Source of the DNA: Fimbriimonadia bacterium
GTDB lineage: Bacteria > Armatimonadota > Fimbriimonadia > Fimbriimonadales > JABRVX01
Direction of reading: 5' to 3'
Assembly: GCA_041483895.1 (NCBI GenBank)
Contig: JBGPGO010000001.1
Location: forward strand, 128,001 to 192,000
Length of the DNA stretch: 64,000 nucleotides
The translations under genes and the position numbers were made by a program. Positions within the stretch are counted from its first letter, which is position 1. Each line of letters starts with the position of its first letter. The notes under the pieces were generated by a model. It was not told the DNA's origin. It was given only the letters and a program-made list of their open reading frames with translations, and did no database searches. Positions 30,153 through 40,613 of this stretch are shown one piece after another.

Positions 30153-30854
30153 ATGGAATTTCACTCGATGCAAAGACACTTGGAACGGGAACTGGAGCAC
30201 GTAAAGAAGATGCTTCTTGGCGTCGCGACCCTGGTCGAAGAGGCAGGGCACATCGCTGTCCAGGCCGTCGTGGAACGGGACGAGACTCTCGCAAATCGAG
30301 TGGTCGATGCTGATGAGCATATCGACGCGAAGGAAGTGGAAGTGGAGGAGGAGTGCCTCAAAATCCTCGCTCTGCACCAGCCGGTAGCCATCGATCTTCG
30401 GTACGTGATCGCCATCCTAAAGATCAACAATGACCTGGAACGCATCGGCGATCTGGCTTCCAAAATCGCCCGGCGCGCAATCTACCTCGCCCGCCACGCC
30501 AAAGTAGATGTTCCAATCGACCTCGCGGCGATGGGCAGGCTTGTCCATCGAATGCTTCGCAACAGTCTGGACGCATTGGTCAATTACGATGCGGAACTCG
30601 CGCGCTCGGTGATCGAGGCCGACGATCAGGTGGACGACTTCAATCGAGCGATGTACGACGTTGTGAAGGAGGCGATCCCGAAGAGTGGGGACAATTACAT
30701 GCAGTACGTTCAGCTACTGTCTCTGTCCCGCGATCTCGAGCGGATTGCCGACCAGGCGAGCAATATCGCGGAGGACGTGATCTACTTGGTGGAGGGTGAG
30801 ATCATCCGGCATCGGCATCACGAGGACTTTTCGCCGGTTTCCGAGAACGTTTAG
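30153..30854 (+). CDS. phoU: Phosphate transport regulator PhoU
   Basis: QPVAIDLR, DLERIGDLA, DDQVD, LERIADQASNIAE. Confidence 0.95.
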   Translation: MEFHSMQRHLERELEHVKKMLLGVATLVEEAGHIAVQAVVERDETLANRVVDADEHIDAKEVEVEEECLKILALHQPVAIDLRYVIAILKINNDLERIGDLASKIARRAIYLARHAKVDVPIDLAAMGRLVHRMLRNSLDALVNYDAELARSVIEADDQVDDFNRAMYDVVKEAIPKSGDNYMQYVQLLSLSRDLERIADQASNIAEDVIYLVEGEIIRHRHHEDFSPVSENV

Positions 30855-31124
30855 TCAGTCTTTTCCCGGCCAATAGGGTTCTGCTCCGTCTCCAAAAAGC
30901 CAGGCGACGAATCCCTTCTGATTTCGCGTGAGCGCGGGGACGAAGTCCGGGTCAAATCCTATCGCGAATTCCGTCTCGAACCAGGTTACGAGTTTGTCAA
31001 AGGGGAAATGCTTGGGCCCAAATATGCGCAGGATCGTCCACTCCTCTTCGGATATTCCCATACCCTTTCTCATTCGCTCTCGCCATTCTTCTTTTGTCGG
31101 TGGCCATTTCCCGGACTCATCCAT
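30855..31124 (-). CDS. Small hypothetical protein
   Basis: 89-aa ORF (MDESGKWPPTKEEW...) filling the gap and abutting the phoU stop; no recognised motif. Confidence 0.4.
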   Translation of the reverse strand: MDESGKWPPTKEEWRERMRKGMGISEEEWTILRIFGPKHFPFDKLVTWFETEFAIGFDPDFVPALTRNQKGFVAWLFGDGAEPYWPGKD

Positions 31125-31148
31125 AATGCGAAGGGTACCATGGCTTGC

Positions 31149-31763
31149 ATGAAAGTGGACCCAACTGTATCGCCGCACCCAGCAACCGATGACTCATGCA
31201 AAAAGGAGACCGGCAAGAGCCTACAGGAGTGGTTTGCCGTTTTGGACGAACGCGGCGGGCCATCCGTCGGTCGCCGAGATATTGGCAACTTTTTGTATTT
31301 CGAGTGTAAGAACGGAGAATGGTGGTCGCCAACGATCTACACCGAATATGAGCGCGCACGGGGAGTGACGGATAAGGACGGTCGACCCACCGGATACTCC
31401 ATTTGCGCGACGAAACAGGTGAAAGCGCCCGTAAACGATGTGTATAAGGCGTTCACCGATGCCGGCACGTTGGATAAATGGTTTGGGCCCGGCACGAAGC
31501 TGGACCTCCGGGATGGTGGATCGATGGAGAACGCGGACGGCAACAAGATGGATATTGTGCGCGTGCGGGAGAACAAGGACCTGCGGATGATTTGGCACGG
31601 TTCGGAGCCGTCGCCCGTCGAGGCGATGTTGAAAGGCAGCGGCGGCAAGACCATGATCACGGTGAACCATACTCGTATCCAAGACCGGGCCGAGGCCGAC
31701 GGCATCCGCGCGGCCTGGACGGAGGCGTTGGGGAAACTAAAGACGTTGCTAGAAGATGGCTAG
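31149..31763 (+). CDS. DUF4287-like N-terminus fused to SRPBCC/AHSA1 domain
   Basis: [25 protein letters not shown]...L.KWF, V.H......D...W...L..LK..LE. Confidence 0.75.
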   Translation: MKVDPTVSPHPATDDSCKKETGKSLQEWFAVLDERGGPSVGRRDIGNFLYFECKNGEWWSPTIYTEYERARGVTDKDGRPTGYSICATKQVKAPVNDVYKAFTDAGTLDKWFGPGTKLDLRDGGSMENADGNKMDIVRVRENKDLRMIWHGSEPSPVEAMLKGSGGKTMITVNHTRIQDRAEADGIRAAWTEALGKLKTLLEDG

Positions 31764-34147
31764 GGTTCGATTCGATATTCCCTCTCCGGGGCGGTGTCGA
31801 ACTCGATCAGTCCGTCGGAGAGCTTTCGGATCGGAACCTCTTTGCCATCCACCATAACTCGCACCGGCATAGACGTCCGCAGTCGGCACTTCTGCCCGAG
31901 TTCCGATGAGAGTGTCGCGGAGACCAGTTTGCCGTTCGCCCAATCCATTGACACCTCGAATCCTCCCCTTGCGCGGAGGCCGCTGACCGACCCGGACGGC
32001 CAGGCGGAGTTAAGGGCCGGGAGCAAATGGACTTCCCCCAAATGACTTTGTAGAAGCATCTCCGCAATCGCCGATGTGCCGCCGAAATTGCCGTCGATCT
32101 GGAATGGCGGGTGGCAGTCGAACAGGTTGGGATATGTGCCGCCGTTCCGCCCCTCGACGGCGAACGGGTCCACCTTTTCCAGCGCCATCTTTAGCATCTT
32201 ATAGACGTGGTCGCCATCGCGCAACCGCGCCCACAGGTTCATCTTCCACGCCATGGACCATCCCGTTCCCGCGTCCCCTCGCATCTGCAGCGACTTCTTC
32301 GCGGCGTTCGCCAGGTCCGTCCCGGAGGCGATCCCATTGCCTGGATAAAGTCCCCATACATGCGAGACATGTCGATGATGGTCGTTGGGATCGTCCACGT
32401 CCTCCATCCACTCCTGCAGCTGGCCATGCTTTCCTATCCGCACTGGCGCCAGTTTGTCTCGCGTCGCACGCAATCGCTTGGCAAAATCGCTATCACCCAT
32501 TTCGTCCGCCGCCGATGCGCATTCACCGAAGAACTGCTTCAATATCTCTTGATCCATCGCCGGGCCGGCACAGATTCCGACCGGCTTGGTGTACGATCCG
32601 TCCTTGTTCCACACCCACGCTTTATCCCCGCCGGGGCCGTTTTCCGGCGAGCTGGATGGGCAAGTGACCAGGCCGCCGTACTCCGGATGCTCGACCAAAG
32701 TATCCAAGAAAAACTGCGCCGCGCCCTTCATCGCCGGGTATGCGCGCTTTAGGAAAACCTCGTCGCCGGTGAACAGATAGTGGTCCCAAAGCTGAGACGA
32801 AAGCCAAGCGCCGCCGGTGTGCCACGCAGCCCAATATGCCCCGTGGATCGGCGCGCAGGCACGCCACTGGTCCATGTTATGGCCGAGTACCCAGCCGGAC
32901 GCGCCCCAATTCTTCTTCGCCACCGCCGCCCCGGTCTGCGCCAGCTCCTCGGTTGCCTTTTCGAACGGGTTGAAGCACTCCGATAGGCCGGTCAGGTCTG
33001 CGGGCCAGTAGTTCATTTCGAAGTTGATGTTGGTGGTATGCTTGCAGCCCCATGCGGGGTTCATGTCCTCGTTCCAGAGGCCCTGCAGGTTGGCGGGTTG
33101 GCCCCCTTCCCTGCTGCATGAGATGAGCAGGTAGCGCCCGAATTGGAAGTACAGGGCGGCAAAGGCCGGGTCTTTGCCGTCTTGGAATGCCTTGAACCGC
33201 TCGTCCGTCGGGAGGTTGTTCCCTTTGCCAAGGTCGATGCTGCAGCGGTGGAATAACTCTTGAAAATCTTTCAGATGATCGGCTTTGAGTTGCTCGTAAC
33301 TTTTCTTTGGCGGTGTTAGGTCGCGCATTGGGCCCAGCTCGCGATAGGACTTGAAATTGGTTCCGGCGGTCAGATAGAGGGTGACGGCGTTGGCCTTCTC
33401 AATACGCAGGCGCGGATGCTCCTCCATGCCGACGAGCGCAATCTTGCCACCTTCCACCGATGCTGTCAGCCGCGCTTCGTATCGCAGTCCCGATCCGCCG
33501 CCGTAGGAGGCGGTGTTGCCGCTCAGAATCACCGAGTTCGGCTTCTCGCCCGCCACCGTGAACTTTGCGTCCGTGTTATCGCGCAGGTTGACGCGGCCGT
33601 CCAATGTCGCTTCCATCGTGATCGAATCGGGCTTATCGGCGGTGATTCGCACGGCCATCACCTGGTCGGGGTGGGAGATAAACAGTACCCGCGTGTAGGT
33701 CACCTCGCCAACTATGTAGGTGACGCGGGCGATGGCGGTGTCCAGGTCCAGCTCCCGGCGGTAATCGGTCGGGAGGCCGTGGCCGGGGAAGGTCAGCTTC
33801 AGATCACCGAGCGGCTGGTATTGGGCCATTTCGCCGGTCTTGGACATCATCGCCTTGTCGAAAAGCGCCTCCGCCTCACGGCCCTTGCCGTCGAAGATCA
33901 GGCGGCGGATCTCCGGCAGCGCCTTGGCCCCTTCGCCATCTCCCAGCGGGTCGTAGGGCCCGCCGGTCCAGACGGTGCTTTCGTTCAATCTTATCAATTC
34001 ATCCTGCGTCCGGCCATACACCATCGCGCCGATGCGCCCGTTGCCAAGCGGCATCGCCTCCACCCACGCCGCGGCGGGCTGCCGATACCAGAGTAGGTTG
34101 TTGGAGTTTTGCATGAGGAGTCCTGAGATGAGAAGGATTGGGATCAT
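31760..34147 (-). CDS. GH95 alpha-L-fucosidase-like glycoside hydrolase
   Basis: [67 protein letters not shown]. Confidence 0.93.
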   Translation of the reverse strand: MIPILLISGLLMQNSNNLLWYRQPAAAWVEAMPLGNGRIGAMVYGRTQDELIRLNESTVWTGGPYDPLGDGEGAKALPEIRRLIFDGKGREAEALFDKAMMSKTGEMAQYQPLGDLKLTFPGHGLPTDYRRELDLDTAIARVTYIVGEVTYTRVLFISHPDQVMAVRITADKPDSITMEATLDGRVNLRDNTDAKFTVAGEKPNSVILSGNTASYGGGSGLRYEARLTASVEGGKIALVGMEEHPRLRIEKANAVTLYLTAGTNFKSYRELGPMRDLTPPKKSYEQLKADHLKDFQELFHRCSIDLGKGNNLPTDERFKAFQDGKDPAFAALYFQFGRYLLISCSREGGQPANLQGLWNEDMNPAWGCKHTTNINFEMNYWPADLTGLSECFNPFEKATEELAQTGAAVAKKNWGASGWVLGHNMDQWRACAPIHGAYWAAWHTGGAWLSSQLWDHYLFTGDEVFLKRAYPAMKGAAQFFLDTLVEHPEYGGLVTCPSSSPENGPGGDKAWVWNKDGSYTKPVGICAGPAMDQEILKQFFGECASAADEMGDSDFAKRLRATRDKLAPVRIGKHGQLQEWMEDVDDPNDHHRHVSHVWGLYPGNGIASGTDLANAAKKSLQMRGDAGTGWSMAWKMNLWARLRDGDHVYKMLKMALEKVDPFAVEGRNGGTYPNLFDCHPPFQIDGNFGGTSAIAEMLLQSHLGEVHLLPALNSAWPSGSVSGLRARGGFEVSMDWANGKLVSATLSSELGQKCRLRTSMPVRVMVDGKEVPIRKLSDGLIEFDTAPEREYRIEP

Positions 34148-34283
34148 AGGTCTAATCGGACGTATTCGACGTATAGGACATAGACCCTGTTTGTGCCAAA
34201 ATTCGGCCGCGTTCTTCAAGCTGAATCCTTGCGGTCAACGAACGCCTAGACTAGCATGGTAACATACCTAACGGAGATGTAAT

Positions 34284-35159
34284 ATGCGACGATTATTGTC
34301 CGTCTTAGCAGTTCTGTTGGCATGCGCATGGGTTGTCGGCGGTGTCTTGGTTCCTTCCGACGATCTGCAGCGAGACTGCATGGCTCACCACAACACGATG
34401 ATCAAGGCGATCATCATGTATGCCAACGATAACGACGATCTGCTTCCTCCGGCTGGAGGCAACGGCCTGACCGGTCGAAGTTGGGCGAAGTTGACGCCTC
34501 CAAATGCCGATTTCCCTTGGACTATGGCACTGTGGCCGTACTTCAAGGACCTCACCCATTTGCGCTGCCCGGCCGATCCCGCTTATCGCAAGCCTGAGAT
34601 TTATGCCTCCGATCCGCGGAGCGGCCAAGCGGTGCCAACTTCGGTCACGAGCGAAGCGAAGCGCATGGCCACCTTCTTTCACACAAACGTCGGATACAAC
34701 CATGTTTGGCTCTCCCCGGAACAGCACGTTCGAGGATTGCCGTGGGTGATGCCTGCAACTCAATCAGAGGTGGCATCGCCGGCAAATACGGTCCTATTTG
34801 TCGACAGCGCATGGTCGCGCGACAGTAAAGGAGCACCGATCGGCGGCGGTAGATATATCATCGACGCACCGATCCGGCCGAATAGGGGCGTGCTCTGGGG
34901 CAAACTTCCGGCCACAGCGGGCGGGGCCGGGGGCTGGCTTTGTTACACCATGGGGAACGGCGAGCCATCAAGCCCGTATTGCAAGACCAACCCGCAGGCA
35001 TACGGCTATTGCTATCCCTTCCACACCGAACAGTTCACCGTGTCGTTCTTGGACGGCCACACGAAAGGGATGACGGCGGACCAATTGGTCGTGGGGATCG
35101 ATTTCAAGAAGAACAAGATCGTTGACTTCGATCAGTGCCTTTGGGATACGCAGGAATAG
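34284..35159 (+). CDS. DUF1559-like secreted protein with H-X9-DG C-terminal motif
   Basis: AIIMYANDNDD.LP, LRCP.D, GYN, SPANTVLF.D, H-TEQFTVSFL-DGH. Confidence 0.7.
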   Translation: MRRLLSVLAVLLACAWVVGGVLVPSDDLQRDCMAHHNTMIKAIIMYANDNDDLLPPAGGNGLTGRSWAKLTPPNADFPWTMALWPYFKDLTHLRCPADPAYRKPEIYASDPRSGQAVPTSVTSEAKRMATFFHTNVGYNHVWLSPEQHVRGLPWVMPATQSEVASPANTVLFVDSAWSRDSKGAPIGGGRYIIDAPIRPNRGVLWGKLPATAGGAGGWLCYTMGNGEPSSPYCKTNPQAYGYCYPFHTEQFTVSFLDGHTKGMTADQLVVGIDFKKNKIVDFDQCLWDTQE

Positions 35160-35245
35160 TCCATAGTTAGCCCATCTCACCGACCTTGGAATCGGCCATT
35201 CAGAGCAATCGGCAAGACGACCCGCGTGTACAATGGAGAGAAATC

Positions 35246-36313
35246 ATGAGCGTTTTTGAACGATTCCTGACTCTTTGGGTGTTCCTTTGCATTGGGGTGG
35301 GGGTCGCCCTGGGCCGCCTCACGCCGGGGCCGTTCCAGGCCATCGGCCGGTTGGAATATGCGCACGTGAACATCCCGGTCGCCGTTTTGATCTGGCTGAT
35401 GATCGTTCCGATGCTGTTACGAATCGATTTTGCATCGCTCCGCCAGGTCGGGCGGTTTTGGAAGGGGTCGGGCGTCACGCTGTTCGTCAACTGGCTCGTC
35501 AAGCCGTTCTCCATGGCGTTCTTCGCTTGGCTGTTCATCGCGAACATATTTCGGCCCATGCTGCCCCCCGATCAGATCGACGCTTACACGGCGGGGTTGA
35601 TCCTGCTTGCGGCCGCTCCGTGCACAGCGATGGTGTTCGTGTGGAGCAATCTGTCCCGAGGGGAGCCGACCTTCACGCTCACGCAGGTGGCGCTCAACGA
35701 CCTGATTATGATCTTCGCTTTCGGTCCGATTGTTGGACTATTGCTGGGTCTGTCCTCCATCACGGTTCCTTGGGCCACGCTGTTTTTCTCCGTGCTGATT
35801 TTTATCGTCATTCCGGTCGCGATCTCCCAGGTGTGGCGAAGCGTTCAGCTGCGGCGGAAGGGCGAGGAGAGCCTGCGCCGCACTATCCTGGCGCTAAACC
35901 GCGTCTCGCTGGTTGCGCTGCTTTCCACATTGGTGTTGCTGTTCGGATTCCAGGGCGATGTGATCTTGGCGCAGCCATTGGTGATCGCGCTCTTGGCTGT
36001 CCCGATCTTGATTCAGGTTGTGTTCAATTCCAGCCTCGCTTACCTTCTGAATCGGGCTTTGGGATCGCCGCACTGTGTTGCCGGGCCGTCTTCGTTGATA
36101 GGGGCAAGCAACTTCTTCGAGTTGGCGGTCGCAACGGCGATTTCTCTGTTCGGCTTCCGCTCCGGCGCTGCGCTCGCTACTGTGGTGGGGGTTCTTATCG
36201 AGGTACCTGTGATGCTGGCGGTGGTGCGGATTGTCACTCGCTCGCAGGGTTGGTATGAGCGGAGGAGAGGGATCCAAAGTTATGCGGAGTGCTGTCCGGA
36301 GGTCGCCGCGTAG
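35246..36313 (+). CDS. acr3: Acr3-family arsenite efflux transporter
   Basis: FER.LTLWV, VNWLVKPFSM, AAPCTAMVFVW, GASNFFELAVA, VGVLIEVPVML. Confidence 0.95.
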   Translation: MSVFERFLTLWVFLCIGVGVALGRLTPGPFQAIGRLEYAHVNIPVAVLIWLMIVPMLLRIDFASLRQVGRFWKGSGVTLFVNWLVKPFSMAFFAWLFIANIFRPMLPPDQIDAYTAGLILLAAAPCTAMVFVWSNLSRGEPTFTLTQVALNDLIMIFAFGPIVGLLLGLSSITVPWATLFFSVLIFIVIPVAISQVWRSVQLRRKGEESLRRTILALNRVSLVALLSTLVLLFGFQGDVILAQPLVIALLAVPILIQVVFNSSLAYLLNRALGSPHCVAGPSSLIGASNFFELAVATAISLFGFRSGAALATVVGVLIEVPVMLAVVRIVTRSQGWYERRRGIQSYAECCPEVAA

Positions 36314-36418
36314 GCGCGGGTCGTCTTTCCGATTCCTATCGATCGGCGACCACCAAGACCCGCGTTGGTGTGTCTGCCGATCGGTCGAGGGTATACCACC
36401 GGGTACGATTGAGGCATC

Positions 36419-37327
36419 ATGTCCATCCGACCCGTCAAGAAACTGATCAAGGCCAAGCCGACGCTGGAGGGGGCGGGGGTGCATCTGCGCCGCGCGTTCG
36501 GCTTCGGCAACACGTCCGACTTCGACCCGTTCCTCCTTTTGGATGACTTTCGCAACGATATTCCTGAGGACTATCTGGCCGGATTCCCCTGGCATCCGCA
36601 TCGGGGAATCGAGACGATCACTTATGTGCTGGCCGGCACGGTAGAGCATGGCGACAGCATGGGAAACAGCGGCGCAATCGGCCCCGGCGACATCCAGTGG
36701 ATGACCGCCGGCCGCGGCATCATCCACCAGGAGATGCCGAAAGGCGACCCGGAAGGGCGGATGCACGGCTTCCAACTTTGGGCCAACTTGCCCTCATCGC
36801 TGAAGATGACCGCGCCCCGATACCAAGAGGTGAAAGAGGGCGAAATCCCGGAGATCACCGACGACGATGGTACCCATGTGCGGCTGGTCTGCGGCAGCTT
36901 CTGGGGCAAGCGCGGGCCGGTGGAGGGCATCGCCGCCGACCCGGTCTACATCGACGTGTCGGTCGCGCCGGGCAAACGCAGGTCTCTTCCGGTGGAGACC
37001 ACCAGCCATGCGTTCGCGTATGTCTTCGCGGGTTCGGGCAAGTTTTGCAACGCCTCCGAGCCGCTTGCGGTGCCAACGGAAGGAGTTGGCTGGGCGGATA
37101 CGATTGTGCCGCAAGAGGCCGAAAACCGCTCGCTCATCCTGTTTGATAGCGGTGACGAGGTGACTGTTCAGGCCGGCGAAGAAGGGATCCGGTTCTTGCT
37201 GGTTTCCGGGAAACCGCTGCAAGAGCCGGTGGCGTGGTACGGGCCGATCGTGATGAACACGCAAAAGGAGCTGCAGCAGGCGTACGAGGAGTTGCAGAAG
37301 GGGACGTTCTTAGGTCAGGACGTGTAA
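36419..37327 (+). CDS. Pirin family protein
   Basis: DPFLLLD, GFPWHPHRGIETITY, WMTAGRGIIHQE, GFQLWANLP, YGPIVMNT. Confidence 0.95.
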   Translation: MSIRPVKKLIKAKPTLEGAGVHLRRAFGFGNTSDFDPFLLLDDFRNDIPEDYLAGFPWHPHRGIETITYVLAGTVEHGDSMGNSGAIGPGDIQWMTAGRGIIHQEMPKGDPEGRMHGFQLWANLPSSLKMTAPRYQEVKEGEIPEITDDDGTHVRLVCGSFWGKRGPVEGIAADPVYIDVSVAPGKRRSLPVETTSHAFAYVFAGSGKFCNASEPLAVPTEGVGWADTIVPQEAENRSLILFDSGDEVTVQAGEEGIRFLLVSGKPLQEPVAWYGPIVMNTQKELQQAYEELQKGTFLGQDV

Positions 37328-37381
37328 ATACGGTCTGACGATAGGTGTTGCGAATTTGACTCGCTCCAACGTTCTCTTGGA

Positions 37382-37834
37382 CTATTCTGCCAAGGCGTCG
37401 CTCGGCGAAACAATTGAAACGAAACCGTACCGCAGAAAGTCTCGGGCATCAAGGGTGAGTACCCGGCTAATGTCGTGATACTTCATTGCCGCAACCTGGT
37501 TTGCGTCGTGGCAATTCTTACCGGAAACCTGGTTCTCCCGGACCAAGGCCGTCCAAATGTCGAACTGTTCAGGCGAATCGTCCAGCGGAGTGCAAATCTG
37601 CAGCAGTCCGTCAATCACCTCGCCCGCCACGTCAGGTAACAGTCCATAACCGTTGACGTCCTTCGGGCGCGTCAGAACAGACCAGGATTCCCGGATTGAC
37701 TGGGTCGTGCAGCGTATTTCAATCCCTGCTACGATAAGTTTGTGAATCGCATGCTGGACGATGCCGTGGTCGGGATCCGTCAAGATCGCCAAACGCAGTA
37801 GTACGCTTGTGTCAACCAGATAACGTTCAGCCAT
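37382..37834 (-). CDS. VapC-like PIN domain toxin
   Basis: YLVDTSVL, E, HDANQVA.M, LT.D..DF acidic motif set. Confidence 0.88.
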   Translation of the reverse strand: MAERYLVDTSVLLRLAILTDPDHGIVQHAIHKLIVAGIEIRCTTQSIRESWSVLTRPKDVNGYGLLPDVAGEVIDGLLQICTPLDDSPEQFDIWTALVRENQVSGKNCHDANQVAAMKYHDISRVLTLDARDFLRYGFVSIVSPSDALAE

Positions 37835-38055
37835 TAGTCGTACAGATTTTCCGTGGAGGTTACTTCCAACGGCAACACTGGCAATTCAGAGCAGTATTTC
37901 TCAAAGACTGCCATTGCAGAATTCCAGTCAGCCTCCGAGACCTGTCCCACCTTACCGATACTCAGGACCCGCACCTCCACCTCTTTGCCGGCCAACTCCT
38001 TGCCATATTTCCCGGCAATTTCCTCCCACGTTCCTCTCAGTGTTTGTGTTGACAT
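37834..38055 (-). CDS. Putative cognate antitoxin
   Basis: Small ORF coupled to the PIN gene (TAATG overlap); GTWEEI...EL.G..V.V, ends S.ENLYD. Confidence 0.7.
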   Translation of the reverse strand: MSTQTLRGTWEEIAGKYGKELAGKEVEVRVLSIGKVGQVSEADWNSAMAVFEKYCSELPVLPLEVTSTENLYD

Positions 38056-38101
38056 TCTATCCATATTATACGATGATCGTTGGCCGAAGTCCAATCGGGC
38101 A

Positions 38102-38890
38102 TTAATGGGAGGCGGCAGCCGCGTCTCTCTCCGCGCGTGCGCGGGAGTAGTACATCACCGTGAACATGCAGGTTTCGACGAAGCCGAGGCGCGCGTAGAG
38201 GCTCGCCGCCTTTTTGTGGCTTTGCAATATCGCGACGTGGCAGCCGTGGTCGCGGGCAAATGAGAGGGCCTCGGTCAGTACCGCGGTCGCGCCGTGCTGT
38301 CGGCGATATTCGTTCTTTGTCACGACGTCATAAATGCCGGCGATGCCGTCGGCGATGAAGACCGTCGCGGCGCTCGCCAGCCATCCGCCGACGTGGCAGA
38401 CGAAGTTATGCGTGTTGCCCAGCGCCTGCAGCTGTTGCAAAATGGTGTGCGTGTCCGCCCGCGCGGCTTTGGGCACCCACAGCGACCAGGGATGCTGTTG
38501 GGCGATGATCGGCTCCCAGTCTTCCACACGATATGAGGGATGCTCCGGTTTTCCGGCCTTCCATTTCTTCAGGTCCAGTTCCATCCCAGGCAGGTACATA
38601 GGGCCCATGAACCTCCGCTCCCGCCGCAGGATCTTTCCGAGGTCGTCTGGGGTTGCGCACGGTCCCAGGGTCCAGTTGGCAGGACTGCCGACCTTTTGGT
38701 ATTCGCGCAAGATGCGATCGATTTGACTGTGCAATTTGTCGGCGTCGAATCGGCAGGCGGTGACGCAGCTATGACCCGCCGGACGCGACGATACGCCCCA
38801 CAACGCGTAGGGTTTTTCGAACACGGTGTGCCCAGGTAGGCGGAACCGTTCGCGCGCAAAAGCGATCTGATTTTGCTCCACAGGGTTCAC
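38102..38890 (-). CDS. GNAT family acetyltransferase
   Basis: AGIYDVVT..EYRRQHGA, LQS...A..LYARLGF. Confidence 0.85.
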   Translation of the reverse strand: MNPVEQNQIAFARERFRLPGHTVFEKPYALWGVSSRPAGHSCVTACRFDADKLHSQIDRILREYQKVGSPANWTLGPCATPDDLGKILRRERRFMGPMYLPGMELDLKKWKAGKPEHPSYRVEDWEPIIAQQHPWSLWVPKAARADTHTILQQLQALGNTHNFVCHVGGWLASAATVFIADGIAGIYDVVTKNEYRRQHGATAVLTEALSFARDHGCHVAILQSHKKAASLYARLGFVETCMFTVMYYSRARAERDAAAASH

Positions 38891-38950
38891 GGCAGTCCGG
38901 TTTTACCCGTCGTCGCATCATAATGGGGCCTGGAAAGGAGTCAATCAGCG

Positions 38951-39244
38951 ATGGAACACTCAGGAGCGCTGCCTGTGCCGCCGCAGGCGCAAAGCGACCG
39001 CGGGGCGGTGGAGATTGCTAGAATTTGGGCCGCGAGCGGTCAGATGGAAGTGGCCTTGCGGCCGGACCTATGGGACGATCCCGGAACGTGGGGCATCATG
39101 CTGGTCGATCTGGCGCGGCATGTGGCGAACGCCTATCGGCAGATCAAAGGCCACGACGTCGACATCACCCTGGCGGCGATAAGGGAGATATTCGAAGCGG
39201 AATGGAACCGACCGACCGATACTCCTCGCGGGCAGATGATGTAG
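38951..39244 (+). CDS. DUF5076-like protein
   Basis: LPVPP.A..D..AVEIARIW, DPGTWGIMLVDLARHVANAY; AAGGAG RBS. Confidence 0.75.
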   Translation: MEHSGALPVPPQAQSDRGAVEIARIWAASGQMEVALRPDLWDDPGTWGIMLVDLARHVANAYRQIKGHDVDITLAAIREIFEAEWNRPTDTPRGQMM

Positions 39245-40534
39245 ATGGCAAAGATCGCATTGATCGGCGCGGGGAGCGGGGTGTTTACGCGCAATTTGTG
39301 CTGCGACATTCTGTTCACTGCGGCCCTGCGGGATTGCACGATCGCCCTGATGGACATCGATCCGATTCGACTCGAGAGCAGTCGGCGCATGGTGCAAGAC
39401 ATGATCGACCGGCGGGGATTGAAAACGCGTCTGGAAGCGACGCTTGATCGCAAAGAGGCGGTGCGGGGGGCGAAGTATGTCATCACAACATTCCAGCAGG
39501 GCGGGCTGCAGGCGTACGAGCTAGACATCGAAATCCCACGCAAATACGGCGTGGAGCAGTGCGTGGGTGACACGCTCGGTCCCGGTGGCGTGTTCCGCGG
39601 CCTTCGAACAATTCCCGTGCTGCTGGATTTGTGCGAAGAGATGGATCCGGACGCCATGCTGCTGAACTATGTAAACCCGATGGCGATCAACTGCTGGGCG
39701 ATTGCGGAGGGGACCGGCCGCCCGCACGTCGGTCTGTGCCACAGCGTCCAGGGCACCTCCGAAATGCTGGCGCGATGGATCGGGGCGCCGTATGATGAGG
39801 TCGCCTATCTCTGCGCCGGCATCAATCATCAAGCATGGTTCCTCAGTTTCCGGCGCGGATCGGAGGACCTTTATCCACGGGTTTGGAAGGCGTTGGATCG
39901 GCAGGAGGTAATCGACGAAGAACCGGTCCGGACGGACCTCATGAAAAGTCTCGGCTTCTTCGTCACCGAATCCAGCGGGCACGCCAGCGAATATGTTCCC
40001 TACTTTCGCAAGTCCGCGCGCATGGTGGAAAAAGAGCTGGCGCCTCGCTTTAAGAATCCGGGCGACCACTGGTTTGACTTTGGGCGCACGGGCGGGTATC
40101 TGCGGCATAGTCTTGCGCGGACGGAAACGAGCGGTGAGAACATAGAGCGCACGCACGAATATGGCTCCTATATCATCGAGGCGATGGAAACAAACCAACC
40201 GATCCGAATCAACGGCAATGTGCCGAACGCCGGCCTCATCACCAACCTGCCCCAAGGCTGCTGCGTCGAGGTTCCCTGCCTTGTAGATGGGAACGGGGTT
40301 CAGGGCGTGGTCATCGGCGAGCTGCCGAAGCAGCTGGCGGCCGTCAATCGGACGAACATCAATGTGCAAGAGTTGGTGGTCGAAGCCTCTCTGTCGGGCG
40401 ACCGCGACGCGGTGCACCATGCCGTCATGTTAGACCCGCTCACCGCCGCCGTCTGCACCCTACCCCAAATCCATACGATGGTGGACGAGATGCTTGAGGC
40501 GCAATCCAGGTGGCTGCCACAGTTCAGTGGGTAA
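39245..40534 (+). CDS. GH4 NAD-dependent alpha-galactosidase/glucosidase (MelA-like)
   Basis: KIALIGAGS..F, GDTLGPGG, NYVNPM, GLCHSV, GINH, TESSGH.SEY. Confidence 0.92.
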   Translation: MAKIALIGAGSGVFTRNLCCDILFTAALRDCTIALMDIDPIRLESSRRMVQDMIDRRGLKTRLEATLDRKEAVRGAKYVITTFQQGGLQAYELDIEIPRKYGVEQCVGDTLGPGGVFRGLRTIPVLLDLCEEMDPDAMLLNYVNPMAINCWAIAEGTGRPHVGLCHSVQGTSEMLARWIGAPYDEVAYLCAGINHQAWFLSFRRGSEDLYPRVWKALDRQEVIDEEPVRTDLMKSLGFFVTESSGHASEYVPYFRKSARMVEKELAPRFKNPGDHWFDFGRTGGYLRHSLARTETSGENIERTHEYGSYIIEAMETNQPIRINGNVPNAGLITNLPQGCCVEVPCLVDGNGVQGVVIGELPKQLAAVNRTNINVQELVVEASLSGDRDAVHHAVMLDPLTAAVCTLPQIHTMVDEMLEAQSRWLPQFSG

Positions 40535-40613
40535 GATACGTTCAGTCGTGGCATCGATCGACTGGCAACCGCTTGGCAGTGAGTGGGACAAGGCGAATGA
40601 CAGCAGGAACTGA

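Noticed and set aside
34146..34182. Degenerate 9-bp tandem repeat (similar one near 41899-41925)
   Set aside because: Short and degenerate; no function can be supported.
36342..36384. Imperfect hairpin between acr3 and pirin as a riboswitch or terminator
   Set aside because: No U-tract and no recognised aptamer motif.
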